From the NCBI GenBank assembly GCA_032718475.1, contig JAUCBJ010001183.1, positions 1 to 64,000 on the forward strand: 64,000 bases of DNA, read 5' to 3'. Under the pieces are notes generated by a model. That model was not told the DNA's origin. It saw only the letters and a list, made by a program, of their open reading frames with translations, and did not search any database. The translations under genes were made by a program, and so were the position numbers. Below are positions 24,201 through 39,200 of the stretch, one piece after another (the stretch's first letter is position 1; each line of letters begins with the position of its first letter). The DNA is from Nemertoderma westbladi (Eukaryota > Animalia > Xenacoelomorpha).

Positions 24201-27200
24201 CTTTGAGTGCTGTGTGAACCCGGTAGATGAGTAGTAGAGTAAACAAAACTTAGAGTGCTGTGTGAACCCGGTAGAGGAGTAGTAGAGTAAACAAAACTTT
24301 GAGTGCTGTGTGAACCCGGTAGATGAGTAGTAGAGTAAACAAAACTCTAGAGTGGTGTGTGAACCCGGTAGCTGAGTAGTAGAGTAAACAAAACGTAGAG
24401 TGCTGTGTGAACCCGGTAGCTGAGTAGTAGAGTAAACAAAACTTAGAGTGGTGTGTGAACCCGGTAGCTGAGTAGTAGAGTAAACAAAACTTAGAGTGGT
24501 GTGTGAACCCGGTAGCTGAGTAGTAGAGTAAACAAAACGTAGAGTGCTGTGTGAACCCGGTAGCTGAGTAGTAGAGTAAACAAAACGTAGAGTGCTGTGT
24601 GAACCCGGTAGATGAGTAGTAGAGTAAACAAAACTTTGAGTGCTGTGTGAACCCGGTAGCTGAGTAGTAGAGTAAACAAAACGTAGAGTGCTGTGTGAAC
24701 CCGGTAGAGGAGTAGTAGAGTAAACAAAACTTAGAGTGCTGTGTGAACCCGGTAGCTGAGTAGTAGAGTAAACAAAACTTTGAGTGCTGTGTGAACCCGG
24801 TAGAGGAGTAGTAGAGTAAACAAAACTTAGAGTGCTGTGTGAACCCGGTAGATGAGTAGTAGAGTAAACAAAACTTTGAGTGCTGTGTGAACCCGGTAGA
24901 TGAGTAGTAGAGTAAACAAAACTTAGAGTGCTGTGTGAACCCGGTAGAGGAGTAGTAGAGTAAACAAAACTTAGAGTGCTGTGTGAACCCGGTAGATGAG
25001 TAGTAGAGTAAACAAAACTTAGAGTGCTGTGTGAACCCGGTAGAGGAGTAGTAGACTAAACAAAACTTAGAGTGCTGTGTGAACTCGGTAGAGGAGTAGT
25101 AGAGTAAACAAAACTTAGAGTGCTGTGTGAACCCGGTAGATGAGTAGTAGAGTAAACAAAACTTAGAGTGCTGTATGAACCCGGTAGATGAGTAGTAGAA
25201 TAAACAAAACTTTGAGTGCTGTGTGAACCCGGTAGATGAGTAGTAGAGTAAACAAAACTTAGAGTGCTGTGTGAACCCGGTAGATGAGTAGTAGAGTAAA
25301 CAAAACGCTATGTGAACCTGGAAGATGAGTAGTAGAGTAAACAAAACTTAGAGTGGTGTGTGAACCCGGTAGATGAGTAGTAGAGTAAACAAAACTTAGA
25401 GTGCTGTGTGAACCCGGTAGATGAGTAGTAGAGTAAACAAAACTTAGAGTTCTGTGTGAACCCGGTAGATGAGTAGTAGAGTGCTGTGTGAACCCGGTAG
25501 ATGAGTAGTAGAATAAACAAAACTTTGAGTGCTGTGTGAACCCGGTAGATGAGTAGTAGAGTAAACAAAACTTAGAGTGCTGTGTGAACCCGGTAGATGA
25601 GTAGTAGAGTAAACAAAACGCTATGTGAACCTGGAAGATGAGTAGTAGAGTAAACAAAACTTAGAGTGGTGTGTGAACCCGGTAGATGAGTAGTAGAGTA
25701 AACAAAACTTAGAGTGCTGTGTGAACCCGGTAGAGGAGTAGTAGAGTAAACAAAACTTAGAGTGCTGTGTGAACCCGGTAGATGAGTAGTAGAATAAACA
25801 AAACTTTGAGTGCTGTGTGAACCCGGTAGATGAGTAGTAGAGTAAACAAAACTTAGAGTGCTGTGTGAACCCGGTAGATGAGTAGTAGAGTAAACAAAAC
25901 GCTATGTGAACCTGGAAGATGAGTAGTAGAGTAAACAAAACTTAGAGTGGTGTGTGAACCCGGTAGAGGAGTAGTAGAGTAAACAAAACTTAGAGTGCTG
26001 TGTGAACCCGGTAGATGAGTAGTAGAGTAAACAAAACTTAGAGTGCTGTGTGAACCCGGTAGAGGAGTAGTAGAGTAAACAAAACTTAGAGTGCTGTGTG
26101 AACCCGGTAGATGAGTAGTAGAGTAAACAAAACTTAGAGTTCTGTGTGAACCCGGTAGATGAGTAGTAGAGTAAACAAAACTGTGAGTGCTGTGTGAACC
26201 CGGTAGATGAATAGTAGAGTAAACAAAACTTAGAGTGCTGTGTGAACCCGGTAGATGAGTAGTAGAATAAACAAAACTTTGAGTGCTGTGTGAACCCGGT
26301 AGATGAGTAGTAGAGTAAACAAAACTTAGAGTGCTGTGTGAACCCGGTAGATGAGTAGTAGAGTAAACAAAACTTAGAGTGCTGTGTGAACCCGGTAGAT
26401 GAGTAGTAGAGTAAACAAAACTTAGAGTGGTGTGTGAACCCGGTAGCTGAGTAGTAGAGTAAACAAAACGTAGAGTGCTGTGTGAACCCGGTAGCTGAGT
26501 AGTAGAGTAAACAAAACTTAGAGTGGTGTGTGAACCCGGTAGCTGAGTAGTAGAATAAACAAAACTTAGAGTGGTGTGTGAACCCGGTAGCTGAGTAGTA
26601 GAGTAAACAAAACGTAGAGTGCTGTGTGAACCCGGTGGCTGAGTAGTAGAGTAAACAAAACGTAGAGTGCTGTGTGAACCTGGTAGATGAGTAGTAGAGT
26701 AAACAAAACTTTGAGTGCTGTGTGAACCCGGTAGCTGAGTAGTAGAGTAAACAAAACATAGAGTGCTGTGTGAACCCGGTAGCTGAGTAGTAGAGTAAAC
26801 AAAACGTAGAGTGCTGTGTGAACCCGGTAGATGAGTAATAGAGTAAACAAAACGTAGAGTGCTGTGTGAACCCGGTAGATGAGTAGTAGAGTAAACAAAA
26901 CTTAGAGTGCTGTGTGAACCCGGTAGATGAGTAGTAGAGTAAACAAAACTTAGAGTGCTGAGTGAACCCGGTAGATGAGTAGTAGAGTAAACAAAACTTA
27001 GAGTTCTGTGTGAACCCGGTAGATGAGTAGTAGAGTAAACAAAACTTTGAGTGCTGTGTGAACCCGGTAGCTGAGTAGTAGAGTAAACAAAACTTAGAGT
27101 GCTGTGTGAACCTGGTAGATGAGTAGTAGAGTAAACAAAACTTAGAGTGCTGTGTGAACCCGGTAGAGGAGTAGTAGAGTAAACAAAACTTAGAGTGCTG

Positions 27201-30200
27201 TGTGAACCCGGTAGATGAGTAGTAGAGTGCTGTGTGAACCTGGTAGCTGAGTAGTAGAGTAAACAAAACTTTGAGTGCTGTGTGAACCCGGTAGATGAGT
27301 AGTAGAGTAAACAAAACTTAGAGTGCTGTGTGAACCCGGTAGATGAGTAGTAGAGTAAACAAAACTTAGAGTTCTGTGTGAACCCGGTAGATGAGTAGTA
27401 GAGTAAACAAAACTTTGAGTGCTGTGTGAACCCGGTAGCTGAGTAGTAGAGTAAACAAAACTTAGAGTGCTGTGTGAACCTGGTAGATGAGTAGTAGAGT
27501 AAACAAAACTTAGAGTGCTGTGTGAACCCGGTAGAGGAGTAGTAGAGTAAACAAAACTTAGAGTGCTGTGTGAACTCGGTAGATGAGTAGTAGAGTGCTG
27601 TGTGAACCTGGTAGCTGAGTAGTAGAGTAAACAAAACTTTGAGTGCTGTGTGAACCCGGTAGATGAGTAGTAGAGTAAAAAAAACGTAGGCTGTGTGAAC
27701 CCGGTAGAGGAGTTAGTAGAGTAAACAAAACTTAGAGTGCTGTGTGAACCCGGTGAATGAGTAGTAGAGTAAACAAAACTTAGAGTGCTGTGTGAACCCG
27801 GTAGATGAGTAGTAGTGTAAACAAAACTTTGAGTGCTGTGTGAACCCGGTAGATGAGTAGTAGAGTAAACAAAACGTAGGCTGTGTGAACCCGGTAGAGG
27901 AGTAGTAGAGTAAACAAAACTTAGAGTGCTGTGTGAACCCGGTAGATGAGTAGTAGAGTAAACAAAACTTAGAGTGCTGTGTGAACCCGGTAGATGAGTA
28001 GTAGAGTAAACAAAACTTAGAGTGCTGTGTGAACCCGGTAGATGAGTAGTAGAGTAAACAAAACGTAGGCTGTGTGAACCCGGTAGAGGAGTAGTAGAGT
28101 AAACAAAACTTAGAGTGCTGTGTGAACCCGGTAGATGAGTAGTAGAGTAAACAAAACTTAGAGTGCTGTGTGAACCCGGTAGATGAGTAGTAGAGTAAAC
28201 AAAACTTAGAGTGCTGTGTGAACCCGGTAGAGGAGTAGTAGAGTAAACAAAACTTAGAGTGCTGTGTGAACCCGGTAGATGAGTAGTAGAGTAAACAAAA
28301 CTTAGAGTGCTGTGTGAACCCGGTAGATGAGTAGTAGAGTAAACAAAACTTAGAGTGCTGTGTGAACCCGGTAGATGAGTAGTAGTGTAAACAAAACTTT
28401 GAGTGCTGTGTGAACCCGGTAGATGAGTAGTAGAGTAAACAAAACGTAGGCTGTGTGAACCCGGTAGATGAGTAGTAGAGTAAACAAAACTTAGAGTGCT
28501 GTGTGAACCCGGTAGATGAGTAGTAGAGTAAACAAAACTTAGAGTTCTGTGTGAACCCGGTAGATGAGTAGTAGAGTAAACAAAAGTTTGAGTGCTGTGT
28601 GAACCCGGTAGCTGAGTAGTAGAGTAAACAAAACTTAGAGTGCTGTGTGAACCTGGTAGATGAGTAGTAGAGTAAACAAAACTTAGAGTGCAGTGTGAAC
28701 CCGGTAGATGAGTAGTAGAGTTTACAAAACTCTAGAGTGGTGTGTGAACCCGGTAGCTGAGTAGTAGAGTAAACAAAACGTAGAGTGCTGTGTGAACCCG
28801 GTAGCTGAGTAGTAGAGTAAACAAAACTTAGAGTGGTGTGTGAACCCGGTAGCTGAGTAGTAGAGTAAACAAAACTTAGAGTGGTGTGTGAACCCGGTAG
28901 CTGAGTAGTAGAGTAAACAAAACGTAGAGTGCTGTGTGAACCCGGTGGCTGAGTAGTAGAGTAAACAAAACTTAGAGTGCTGTGTGAACCCGGTAGATGA
29001 GTAGTAGAGCAAACAAAACTTTGAGTGCTGTGTGAACCCGGTAGATGAATAGTAAAGTAAACAAAACTTAGAGTGCTGTGTGAACCCGGTAGCTGAGTAG
29101 TAGAGTAAACAAAACTTAGAGTGCTGTGTGAACCCGGTAGATGAGTAGTAGAGTAAACAAAACGTAGAGTGCTGTGTGAACCCAGTAGATGAGTAGTAGA
29201 GTAAACAAAACGTAGGCTGTGTGAACCCGGTAGAGGAGTAGTAGAGTAAACACAACTTAGAGTGCTGTGTGAACCCGGTAGATGAGTAGTAGAGTAAACA
29301 AAACTTAGAGTGCTGTGTGAACCCGGTAGATGAGTAGTAGAGTAAACAAAACTTAGAGTGCTGTGTGAACCCGGTAGATGAGTAGTAGAGTAAACAAAAC
29401 GTAGGCTGTGTGAACCCGGTAGAGGAGTAGTAGAGTAAACAAAACTTAGAGTGCTGTGTGAACCCGGTAGATGAGTAGTAGAGTAAACAAAACTTAGAGT
29501 GCTGTGTGAACCCGGTAGATGAGTAGTAGAGTAAACAAAACTTAGAGTGCTGTGTGAACCCGGTAGAGGAGTAGTAGAGTAAACAAAACTTAGAGTGCTG
29601 TGTGAACCCGGTAGATGAGTAGTAGAGTAAACAAAACTTAGAGTGCTGTGTGAACCCGGTAGATGAGTAGTAGAGTAAACAAAACTTAGAGTGCTGTGTG
29701 AACCCGGTAGATGAGTAGTAGTGTAAACAAAACTTTGAGTGCTGTGTGAACCCGGTAGATGAGTAGTAGAGTAAACAAAACGTAGGCTGTGTGAACCCGG
29801 TAGATGAATAGTAAAGTAAACAAAACTTAGAGTGCTGTGTGAACCCGGTAGATGAGTAGTAGAGTAAACAAAACTTAGAGTGCTATGTGAACCCGGTAGA
29901 TGAGTAGTAGAGTAAACAAAACTTAGAGTGCTGTGTGAACCCGGTAGATGAGTAGTAGAGTAAACAAAACTTAGAGTTCTGTGTGAACCCGGTAGATGAG
30001 TAGTAGAGTAAACACAACTTTGAGTGCTGTGTGAACCCGGTAGATGAGTAGTAGAGTAAACACAACTTTGAGTGCTGTGTGAACCCGGTAGATGAGTAGT
30101 AGAGTAAACAAAACTTAGAGTGCTATGTGAACCCGGTAGATGAGTAGTAGAGTAAACAAAACTTAGAGTGCTGTGTGAACCCGGTAGATGAGTAGTAGAG

Positions 30201-33200
30201 TAAACAAAACTTAGAGTGCTGTGTGAACCCGGTAGATGAGTAGTAGAGTAAACAAAACTTCGAGTGCTGTGTGAACCCGGTAGATGAGTAGTAGAGTAAA
30301 CAAAACGTAGGCTGTGTGAACCCGGTAGCTGAGTAGTAGAGTAAACAAAACTTAGAGTGCTGTGTGAACCCGGTAGATGAGTAGTAGAGTAAACAAAACT
30401 TAGAGTGCTGTGTGAACCCGGTAGAGGAGTAGTAGAGTAAACAAAACTTAGAGTGCTGTGTGAACCCGGTAGATGAGTAGTAGAGTAAACAAAACTTAGA
30501 GTGCTGTGTGAACCCGGTAGATGAGTAGTAGAGTAAACAAAACTGTGAGTGCTGTGTGAACCCGGTAGATGAGTAGTAGAGTAAACAAAACTTAGAGTGC
30601 TGTGTGAAACCGGTAGATGAGTAGTAGAATAAACAAAACTTTGAGTGCTGTGTGAACCCGGTAGATGAGTAGTAGAGTAAACAAAACTTAGAGTGCTGTG
30701 TGAACCCGGTAGATGAGTAGTAGAGTAAACAAAACGCTATGTGAACCCGGTAGATGAGTAGTAGAGTAAACAAAACTTAGAGTGCTGTGTGAACCCGGTA
30801 GATGAGTAGTAGAGTAAACAAAACTTAGAGTTCTGTGTGAACCCGGTAGCTGAGTAGTACAGTAAACAAAACTTAGAGTGCTGTGTGAACCCGGTAGATG
30901 AGTAGTAGAGCAAACAAAACTTTGAGTGCTGTGTGAACCCGGTAGATGAATAGTAAAGTAAACAAAACTTAGAGTGCTGTGTGAACCCGGTAGATGAGTA
31001 GTAGAGTAAACAAAACTTAGAGTGCTATGTGAACCCGGTAGCTGAGTAGTAGAGTAAACAAAACTTAGAGTGGTGTGTGAACCCGGTAGCTGAGTAGTAG
31101 AGTAAACAAAACTTAGAGTGGTGTGTGAACCCGGTAGCTGAGTAGTAGAGTAAACAAAACGTAGAGTGCTGTGTGAACCCGGTGGCTGAGTAGTAGAGTA
31201 AACAAAACTTAGAGTGCTGTGTGAACCCGGTAGATGAGTAGTAGAGCAAACAAAACTTTGAGTGCTGTGTGAACCCGGTAGATGAATAGTAAAGTAAACA
31301 AAACTTAGAGTGCTGTGTGAACCCGGTAGCTGAGTAGTAGAGTAAACAAAACTTAGAGTGCTGTGTGAACCCGGTAGATGAGTAGTAGAGTAAACAAAAC
31401 GTAGAGTGCTGTGTGAACCCAGTAGATGAGTAGTAGAGTAAACAAAACGTAGGCTGTGTGAACCCGGTAGAGGAGTAGTAGAGTAAACACAACTTAGAGT
31501 GCTGTGTGAACCCGGTAGATGAGTAGTAGAGTAAACAAAACTTAGAGTGCTGTGTGAACCCGGTAGATGAGTAGTAGAGTAAACAAAACTTAGAGTGCTG
31601 TGTGAACCCGGTAGATGAGTAGTAGAGTAAACAAAACGTAGGCTGTGTGAACCCGGTAGAGGAGTAGTAGAGTAAACAAAACTTAGAGTGCTGTGTGAAC
31701 CCGGTAGATGAGTAGTAGAGTAAACAAAACTTAGAGTGCTGTGTGAACCCGGTAGATGAGTAGTAGAGTAAACAAAACTTAGAGTGCTGTGTGAACCCGG
31801 TAGATGAGTAGTAGAGTAAACAAAACTTAGAGTGCTGTGTGAACCCGGTAGATGAGTAGTAGTGTAAACAAAACTTTGAGTGCTGTGTGAACCCGGTAGA
31901 TGAGTAGTAGAGTAAACAAAACGTAGGCTGTGTGAACCCGGTAGATGAATAGTAAAGTAAACAAAACTTAGAGTGCTGTGTGAACCCGGTAGATGAGTAG
32001 TAGAGTAAACAAAACTTAGAGTGCTATGTGAACCCGGTAGATGAGTAGTAGAGTAAACAAAACTTAGAGTGCTGTGTGAACCCGGTAGATGAGTAGTAGA
32101 GTAAACAAAACTTAGAGTTCTGTGTGAACCCGGTAGATGAGTAGTAGAGTAAACACAACTTTGAGTGCTGTGTGAACCCGGTAGATGAGTAGTAGAGTAA
32201 ACACAACTTTGAGTGCTGTGTGAACCCGGTAGATGAGTAGTAGAGTAAACAAAACTTAGAGTGCTATGTGAACCCGGTAGATGAGTAGTAGAGTAAACAA
32301 AACTTAGAGTGCTGTGTGAACCCGGTAGATGAGTAGTAGAGTAAACAAAACTTAGAGTGCTGTGTGAACCCGGTAGATGAGTAGTAGAGTAAACAAAACT
32401 TCGAGTGCTGTGTGAACCCGGTAGATGAGTAGTAGAGTAAACAAAACGTAGGCTGTGTGAACCCGGTAGCTGAGTAGTAGAGTAAACAAAACTTAGAGTG
32501 CTGTGTGAACCCGGTAGATGAGTAGTAGAGTAAACAAAACTTAGAGTGCTGTGTGAACCCGGTAGAGGAGTAGTAGAGTAAACAAAACTTAGAGTGCTGT
32601 GTGAACCCGGTAGATGAGTAGTAGAGTAAACAAAACTTAGAGTGCTGTGTGAACCCGGTAGATGAGTAGTAGAGTAAACAAAACTGTGAGTGCTGTGTGA
32701 ACCCGGTAGATGAGTAGTAGAGTAAACAAAACTTAGAGTGCTGTGTGAAACCGGTAGATGAGTAGTAGAATAAACAAAACTTTGAGTGCTGTGTGAACCC
32801 GGTAGATGAGTAGTAGAGTAAACAAAACTTAGAGTGCTGTGTGAACCCGGTAGATGAGTAGTAGAGTAAACAAAACGCTATGTGAACCCGGTAGATGAGT
32901 AGTAGAGTAAACAAAACTTAGAGTGCTGTGTGAACCCGGTAGATGAGTAGTAGAGTAAACAAAACTTAGAGTTCTGTGTGAACCCGGTAGCTGAGTAGTA
33001 CAGTAAACAAAACTTAGAGTGCTGTGTGAACCCGGTAGATGAGTAGTAGAGCAAACAAAACTTTGAGTGCTGTGTGAACCCGGTAGATGAATAGTAAAGT
33101 AAACAAAACTTAGAGTGCTGTGTGAACCCGGTAGATGAGTAGTAGAGTAAACAAAACTTAGAGTGCTATGTGAACCCGGTAGCTGAGTAGTAGAGTAAAC

Positions 33201-36200
33201 AAAACTTAGAGTGGTGTGTGAACCCGGTAGCTGAGTAGTAGAGTAAACAAAACTTAGAGTGGTGTGTGAACCCGGTAGCTGAGTAGTAGAGTAAACAAAA
33301 CGTAGAGTGCTGTGTGAACCCGGTGGCTGAGTAGTAGAGTAAACAAAACTTAGAGTGCTGTGTGAACCCGGTAGATGAGTAGTAGAGCAAACAAAACTTT
33401 GAGTGCTGTGTGAACCCGGTAGATGAATAGTAAAGTAAACAAAACTTAGAGTGCTGTGTGAACCCGGTAGCTGAGTAGTAGAGTAAACAAAACTTAGAGT
33501 GCTGTGTGAACCCGGTAGATGAGTAGTAGAGTAAACAAAACGTAGAGTGCTGTGTGAACCCAGTAGATGAGTAGTAGAGTAAACAAAACGTAGGCTGTGT
33601 GAACCCGGTAGAGGAGTAGTAGAGTAAACACAACTTAGAGTGCTGTGTGAACCCGGTAGATGAGTAGTAGAGTAAACAAAACTTAGAGTGCTGTGTGAAC
33701 CCGGTAGATGAGTAGTAGAGTAAACAAAACTTAGAGTGCTGTGTGAACCCGGTAGATGAGTAGTAGAGTAAACAAAACGTAGGCTGTGTGAACCCGGTAG
33801 AGGAGTAGTAGAGTAAACAAAACTTAGAGTGCTGTGTGAACCCGGTAGATGAGTAGTAGAGTAAACAAAACTTAGAGTGCTGTGTGAACCCGGTAGATGA
33901 GTAGTAGAGTAAACAAAACTTAGAGTGCTGTGTGAACCCGGTAGAGGAGTAGTAGAGTAAACAAAACTTAGAGTGCTGTGTGAACCCGGTAGATGAGTAG
34001 TAGAGTAAACAAAACTTAGAGTGCTGTGTGAACCCGGTAGATGAGTAGTAGAGTAAACAAAACTTAGAGTGCTGTGTGAACCCGGTAGATGAGTAGTAGT
34101 GTAAACAAAACTTTGAGTGCTGTGTGAACCCGGTAGATGAGTAGTAGAGTAAACAAAACGTAGGCTGTGTGAACCCGGTAGATGAATAGTAAAGTAAACA
34201 AAACTTAGAGTGCTGTGTGAACCCGGTAGATGAGTAGTAGAGTAAACAAAACTTAGAGTGCTATGTGAACCCGGTAGATGAGTAGTAGAGTAAACAAAAC
34301 TTAGAGTGCTGTGTGAACCCGGTAGATGAGTAGTAGAGTAAACAAAACTTAGAGTTCTGTGTGAACCCGGTAGATGAGTAGTAGAGTAAACACAACTTTG
34401 AGTGCTGTGTGAACCCGGTAGATGAGTAGTAGAGTAAACACAACTTTGAGTGCTGTGTGAACCCGGTAGATGAGTAGTAGAGTAAACAAAACTTAGAGTG
34501 CTATGTGAACCCGGTAGATGAGTAGTAGAGTAAACAAAACTTAGAGTGCTGTGTGAACCCGGTAGATGAGTAGTAGAGTAAACAAAACTTAGAGTGCTGT
34601 GTGAACCCGGTAGATGAGTAGTAGAGTAAACAAAACTTAGAGTGCTGTGTGAACCCGGTAGATGAGTAGTAGAGTAAACAAAACGTAGGCTGTGTGAACC
34701 CGGTAGCTGAGTAGTAGAGTAAACAAAACTTAGAGTGCTGTGTGAACCCGGTAGATGAGTAGTAGAGTAAACAAAACTTAGAGTGCTGTGTGAACCCGGT
34801 AGAGGAGTAGTAGAGTAAACAAAACTTAGAGTGCTGTGTGAACCCGGTAGATGAGTAGTAGAGTAAACAAAACTTAGAGTGCTGTGTGAACCCGGTAGAT
34901 GAGTAGTAGAGTAAACAAAACTGTGAGTGCTGTGTGAACCCGGTAGATGAGTAGTAGAGTAAACAAAACTTAGAGTGCTGTGTGAAACCGGTAGATGAGT
35001 AGTAGAATAAACAAAACTTTGAGTGCTGTGTGAACCCGGTAGATGAGTAGTAGAGTAAACAAAACTTAGAGTGCTGTGTGAACCCGGTAGATGAGTAGTA
35101 GAGTAAACAAAACGCTATGTGAACCCGGTAGATGAGTAGTAGAGTAAACAAAACTTAGAGTGCTGTGTGAACCCGGTAGATGAGTAGTAGAGTAAACAAA
35201 ACTTAGAGTTCTGTGTGAACCCGGTAGCTGAGTAGTACAGTAAACAAAACTTAGAGTGCTGTGTGAACCCGGTAGATGAGTAGTAGAGCAAACAAAACTT
35301 TGAGTGCTGTGTGAACCCGGTAGATGAATAGTAAAGTAAACAAAACTTAGAGTGCTGTGTGAACCCGGTAGATGAGTAGTAGAGTAAACAAAACTTAGAG
35401 TGCTATGTGAACCCGGTAGATGAGTAGTAGAGTAAACAAAACGCTATGTGAACCTGGTAGATGAGTAGTAGAGTAAACAAAACTTAGAGTGGTGTGTGAA
35501 CCCGGTAGATGAGTAGTAGAGTAAACAAAACTTAGAGTGCTGTGTGAACCCGGTAGATGAGTAGTAGAGCAAACAAAACTTTGAGTGCTGTGTGAACCCG
35601 GTAGATGAATAGTAAAGTAAACAAAACTTAGAGTGCTGTGTGAACCCGGTAGATGAGTAGTAGAGTAAACAAAACTTAGAGTGCTATGTGAACCCGGTAG
35701 ATGAGTAGTAGAGTAAACAAAACGCTATGTGAACCTGGTAGATGAGTAGTAGAGTAAACAAAACTTAGAGTGGTGTGTGAACCCGGTAGATGAGTAGTAG
35801 AGTAAACAAAACTTAGAGTGGTGTGTGAACCCGGTAGATGAGTAGTAGAGTAAACAAAACTTAGAGTGCTGTGTGAACCCGGTAGATGAGTAGTAGAGTA
35901 AACAAAACTTTGAGTGCTGTGTGAACCCGGTAGATGAGTAGTAGTGTAAACAAAGCTTAGAGTGCTGTGTGAACCCGGTAGATGAGTAGTAGAGTGCTGT
36001 GTGAACCCAGTAGATGAGTAGAAGAGTAAACAAAACTTTGAGTGCTGTGTGAACCCGGTAGATGAGTAGTAGAGTAAACAAAACTTAGAGTGCTGTGTGA
36101 ACCCGGTAGATGAGTAGTAGAGTAAACAAAACTTAGAGTTCTGTGTGAACCCGGTAGATGAGTAGTAGAGTAAACACAACTTTGAGTGCTGTGTGAACCC

Positions 36201-39200
36201 GGTAGATGAGTAGTAGAGTAAACACAACTTTGAGTGCTGTGTGAACCCGGTAGATGAGTAGTAGAGTAAACAAAACTTAGAGTGCTATGTGAACCCAGTA
36301 GATGAGTAGTAGAGTAAACAAAACTTAGAGTGCTGTGTGAACCCGGTAGATGAGTAGTAGAGTAAACAAAACTTAGAGTGCTGTGTGAACCCGGTAGATG
36401 AGTAGTAGAGTAAACAAAACTTAGAGTGCTGTGTGAACCCGGTAGATGAGTAGTAGAGTAAACAAAACGTAGGCTGTGTGAACCCGGTAGCTGAGTAGTA
36501 GAGTAAACAAAACTTAGAGTGCTGTGTGAACCCGGTAGATGAGTAGTAGAGTAAACAAAACTTAGAGTGCTGTGTGAACCCGGTAGAGGAGTAGTAGAGT
36601 AAACAAAACTTAGAGTGCTGTGTGAACCCGGTAGATGAGTAGTAGAGTAAACAAAACTTAGAGTGCTGTGTGAACCCGGTAGATGAGTAGTAGAGTAAAC
36701 AAAACTGTGAGTGCTGTGTGAACCCGGTAGATGAGTAGTAGAGTAAACAAAACTTAGAGTGCTGTGTGAACCCGGTAGATGAGTAGTAGAATAAACAAAA
36801 CTTTGAGTGCTGTGTGAACCCGGTAGATGAGTAGTAGAGTAAACAAAACTTAGAGTGCTGTGTGAACCCGGTAGATGAGTAGTAGAGTAAACAAAACGCT
36901 ATGTGAACCCGGTAGATGAGTAGTAGAGTAAACAAAACTTAGAGTGCTGTGTGAACCCGGTAGATGAGTAGTAGAGTAAACAAAACTTAGAGTTCTGTGT
37001 GAACCCGGTAGCTGAGTAGTACAGTAAACAAAACTTAGAGTGCTGTGTGAACCCGGTAGATGAGTAGTAGAGCAAACAAAACTTTGAGTGCTGTGTGAAC
37101 CCGGTAGATGAATAGTAAAGTAAACAAAACTTAGAGTGCTGTGTGAACCCGGTAGATGAGTAGTAGAGTAAACAAAACTTAGAGTGCTATGTGAACCCGG
37201 TAGATGAGTAGTAGAGTAAACAAAACGCTATGTGAACCTGGTAGATGAGTAGTAGAGTAAACAAAACTTAGAGTGGTGTGTGAACCCGGTAGATGAGTAG
37301 TAGAGTAAACAAAACTTAGAGTGCTGTGTGAACCCGGTAGATGAGTAGTAGAGCAAACAAAACTTTGAGTGCTGTGTGAACCCGGTAGATGAATAGTAAA
37401 GTAAACAAAACTTAGAGTGCTGTGTGAACCCGGTAGATGAGTAGTAGAGTAAACAAAACTTAGAGTGCTGTGTGAACCCGGTAGATGAGTAGTAGAGTAA
37501 ACAAAACTTAGAGTGCTATGTGAACCCGGTAGATGAGTAGTAGAGTAAACAAAACGCTATGTGAACCTGGTAGATGAGTAGTAGAGTAAACAAAGCTTAG
37601 AGTGCTGTGTGAACCCGGTAGATGAGTAGTAGAGTAAACAAAACTTAGAGTGCTGTGTGAACCCGGTAGATGAGTAGTAGAGTAAACAAAACTTTGAGTG
37701 CTATGTGAACCCGGTAGATGAGTAGTAGAGTAAACAAAACTTAGAGTGGTGTGTGAACCCGGTAGATGAGTAGTAGAGCAAACAAAACTTTGAGTGCTGT
37801 GTGAACCCAGTAGATGAGTAGTAGAGTAAACAAAACTTAGAGTGGTGTGTGAACCCGGTAGATGAGTAGTAGAGTAAACAAAACTTTGAGTGCTGTATGA
37901 ACCCAGTAGATGAGTAGTAGAGTAAACAAAACTTAGAGTGCTGTGTGAACCCGGTAGAGGAGTAGTAGAGTAAACAAAACTTTGAGTGCTGTGTGAACCC
38001 GGTAGATGAGTAGTAGAGTAAACAAAACTCTAGAGTGGTGTGTGAACCCGGTAGCTGAGTAGTAGAGTAAACAAAACGTAGAGTGCTGTGTGAACCCGGT
38101 AGCTGAGTAGTAGAGTAAACAAAACTTAGAGTGGTGTGTGAACCCGGTAGCTGAGTAGTAGAGTAAACAAAACTTAGAGTGGTGTGTGAACCCAGTAGCT
38201 GAGTAGTAGAGTAAACAAAACGTAGAGTGCTGTGTGAACCTGGTAGCTGAGTAGTAGAGTAAACAAAACGTAGAGTGCTGTGTGAACCCGGTAGATGAGT
38301 AGTAGAGTAAACAAAACTTTGAGTGCTGTGTGAACCCGGTAGCTGAGTAGTAGAGTAAACAAAACGTAGAGTGCTGTGTGAACCCGGTAGCTGAGTAGTA
38401 GAGTAAACAAAACGTAGAGTGCTGTGTGAACCCGGTAGATGAGTAGTAGAGTAAACAAAACGTAGAGTGCTGTGTGAACCCGGTAGATGAGTAGTAGAGT
38501 AAACAAAACTTAGAGTGCTGTGTGAACCCGGTAGATGAGTAGTAGAGTAAACAAAATTTAGAGTGCTGTGTGAACCCGGTAGATGAGTAGTAGAGTAAAC
38601 AAAACTTAGATTTCTGTGTGAACCCGGTAGATGAGTAGTAGAGTAAACAAAACTTTGAGTGCTGTGTGAACCCGGTAGCTGAGTAGTAGAGTAAACAAAA
38701 CTTAGAGTGCTGTGTGAACCTGGTAGATGAGTAGTAGAGTAAACAAAACTTAGAGTGCTGTGTGAACCCGGTAGAGGAGTAGTAGAGTAAACAAAACTTA
38801 GAGTGCTGTGTGAACCCGGTAGATGAGTAGTAGAGTGCTGTGTGAACCTGGTAGCTGAGTAGTAGAGTAAACAATACTTTGAGTGCTGTGTGAACCCGGT
38901 AGATGAGTAGTAGAGTAAACAAAACTTAGAGTTCTGTGTGAACCCGGTAGATGAGTAGTAGAGTAAACAAAACTAAGAGTGCTGTGTGAACCCGGTAGCT
39001 GAGTAGTAGAGTAAACAAAACTTAGAGTGCTGTGTGAACCTGGTAGATGAGTAGTAGAGTAAACAAAACTAAGAGTGCTGTGTGAACCCGGTAGAAGAGT
39101 AGTAGAGTAAACAAAACTTAGAGTGCTGTGTGAACCCGGTAGATGAGTAGTAGAGTGCTGTGTGAACCTGGTAGCTGAGTAGTAGAGTAAACAAAACTTT

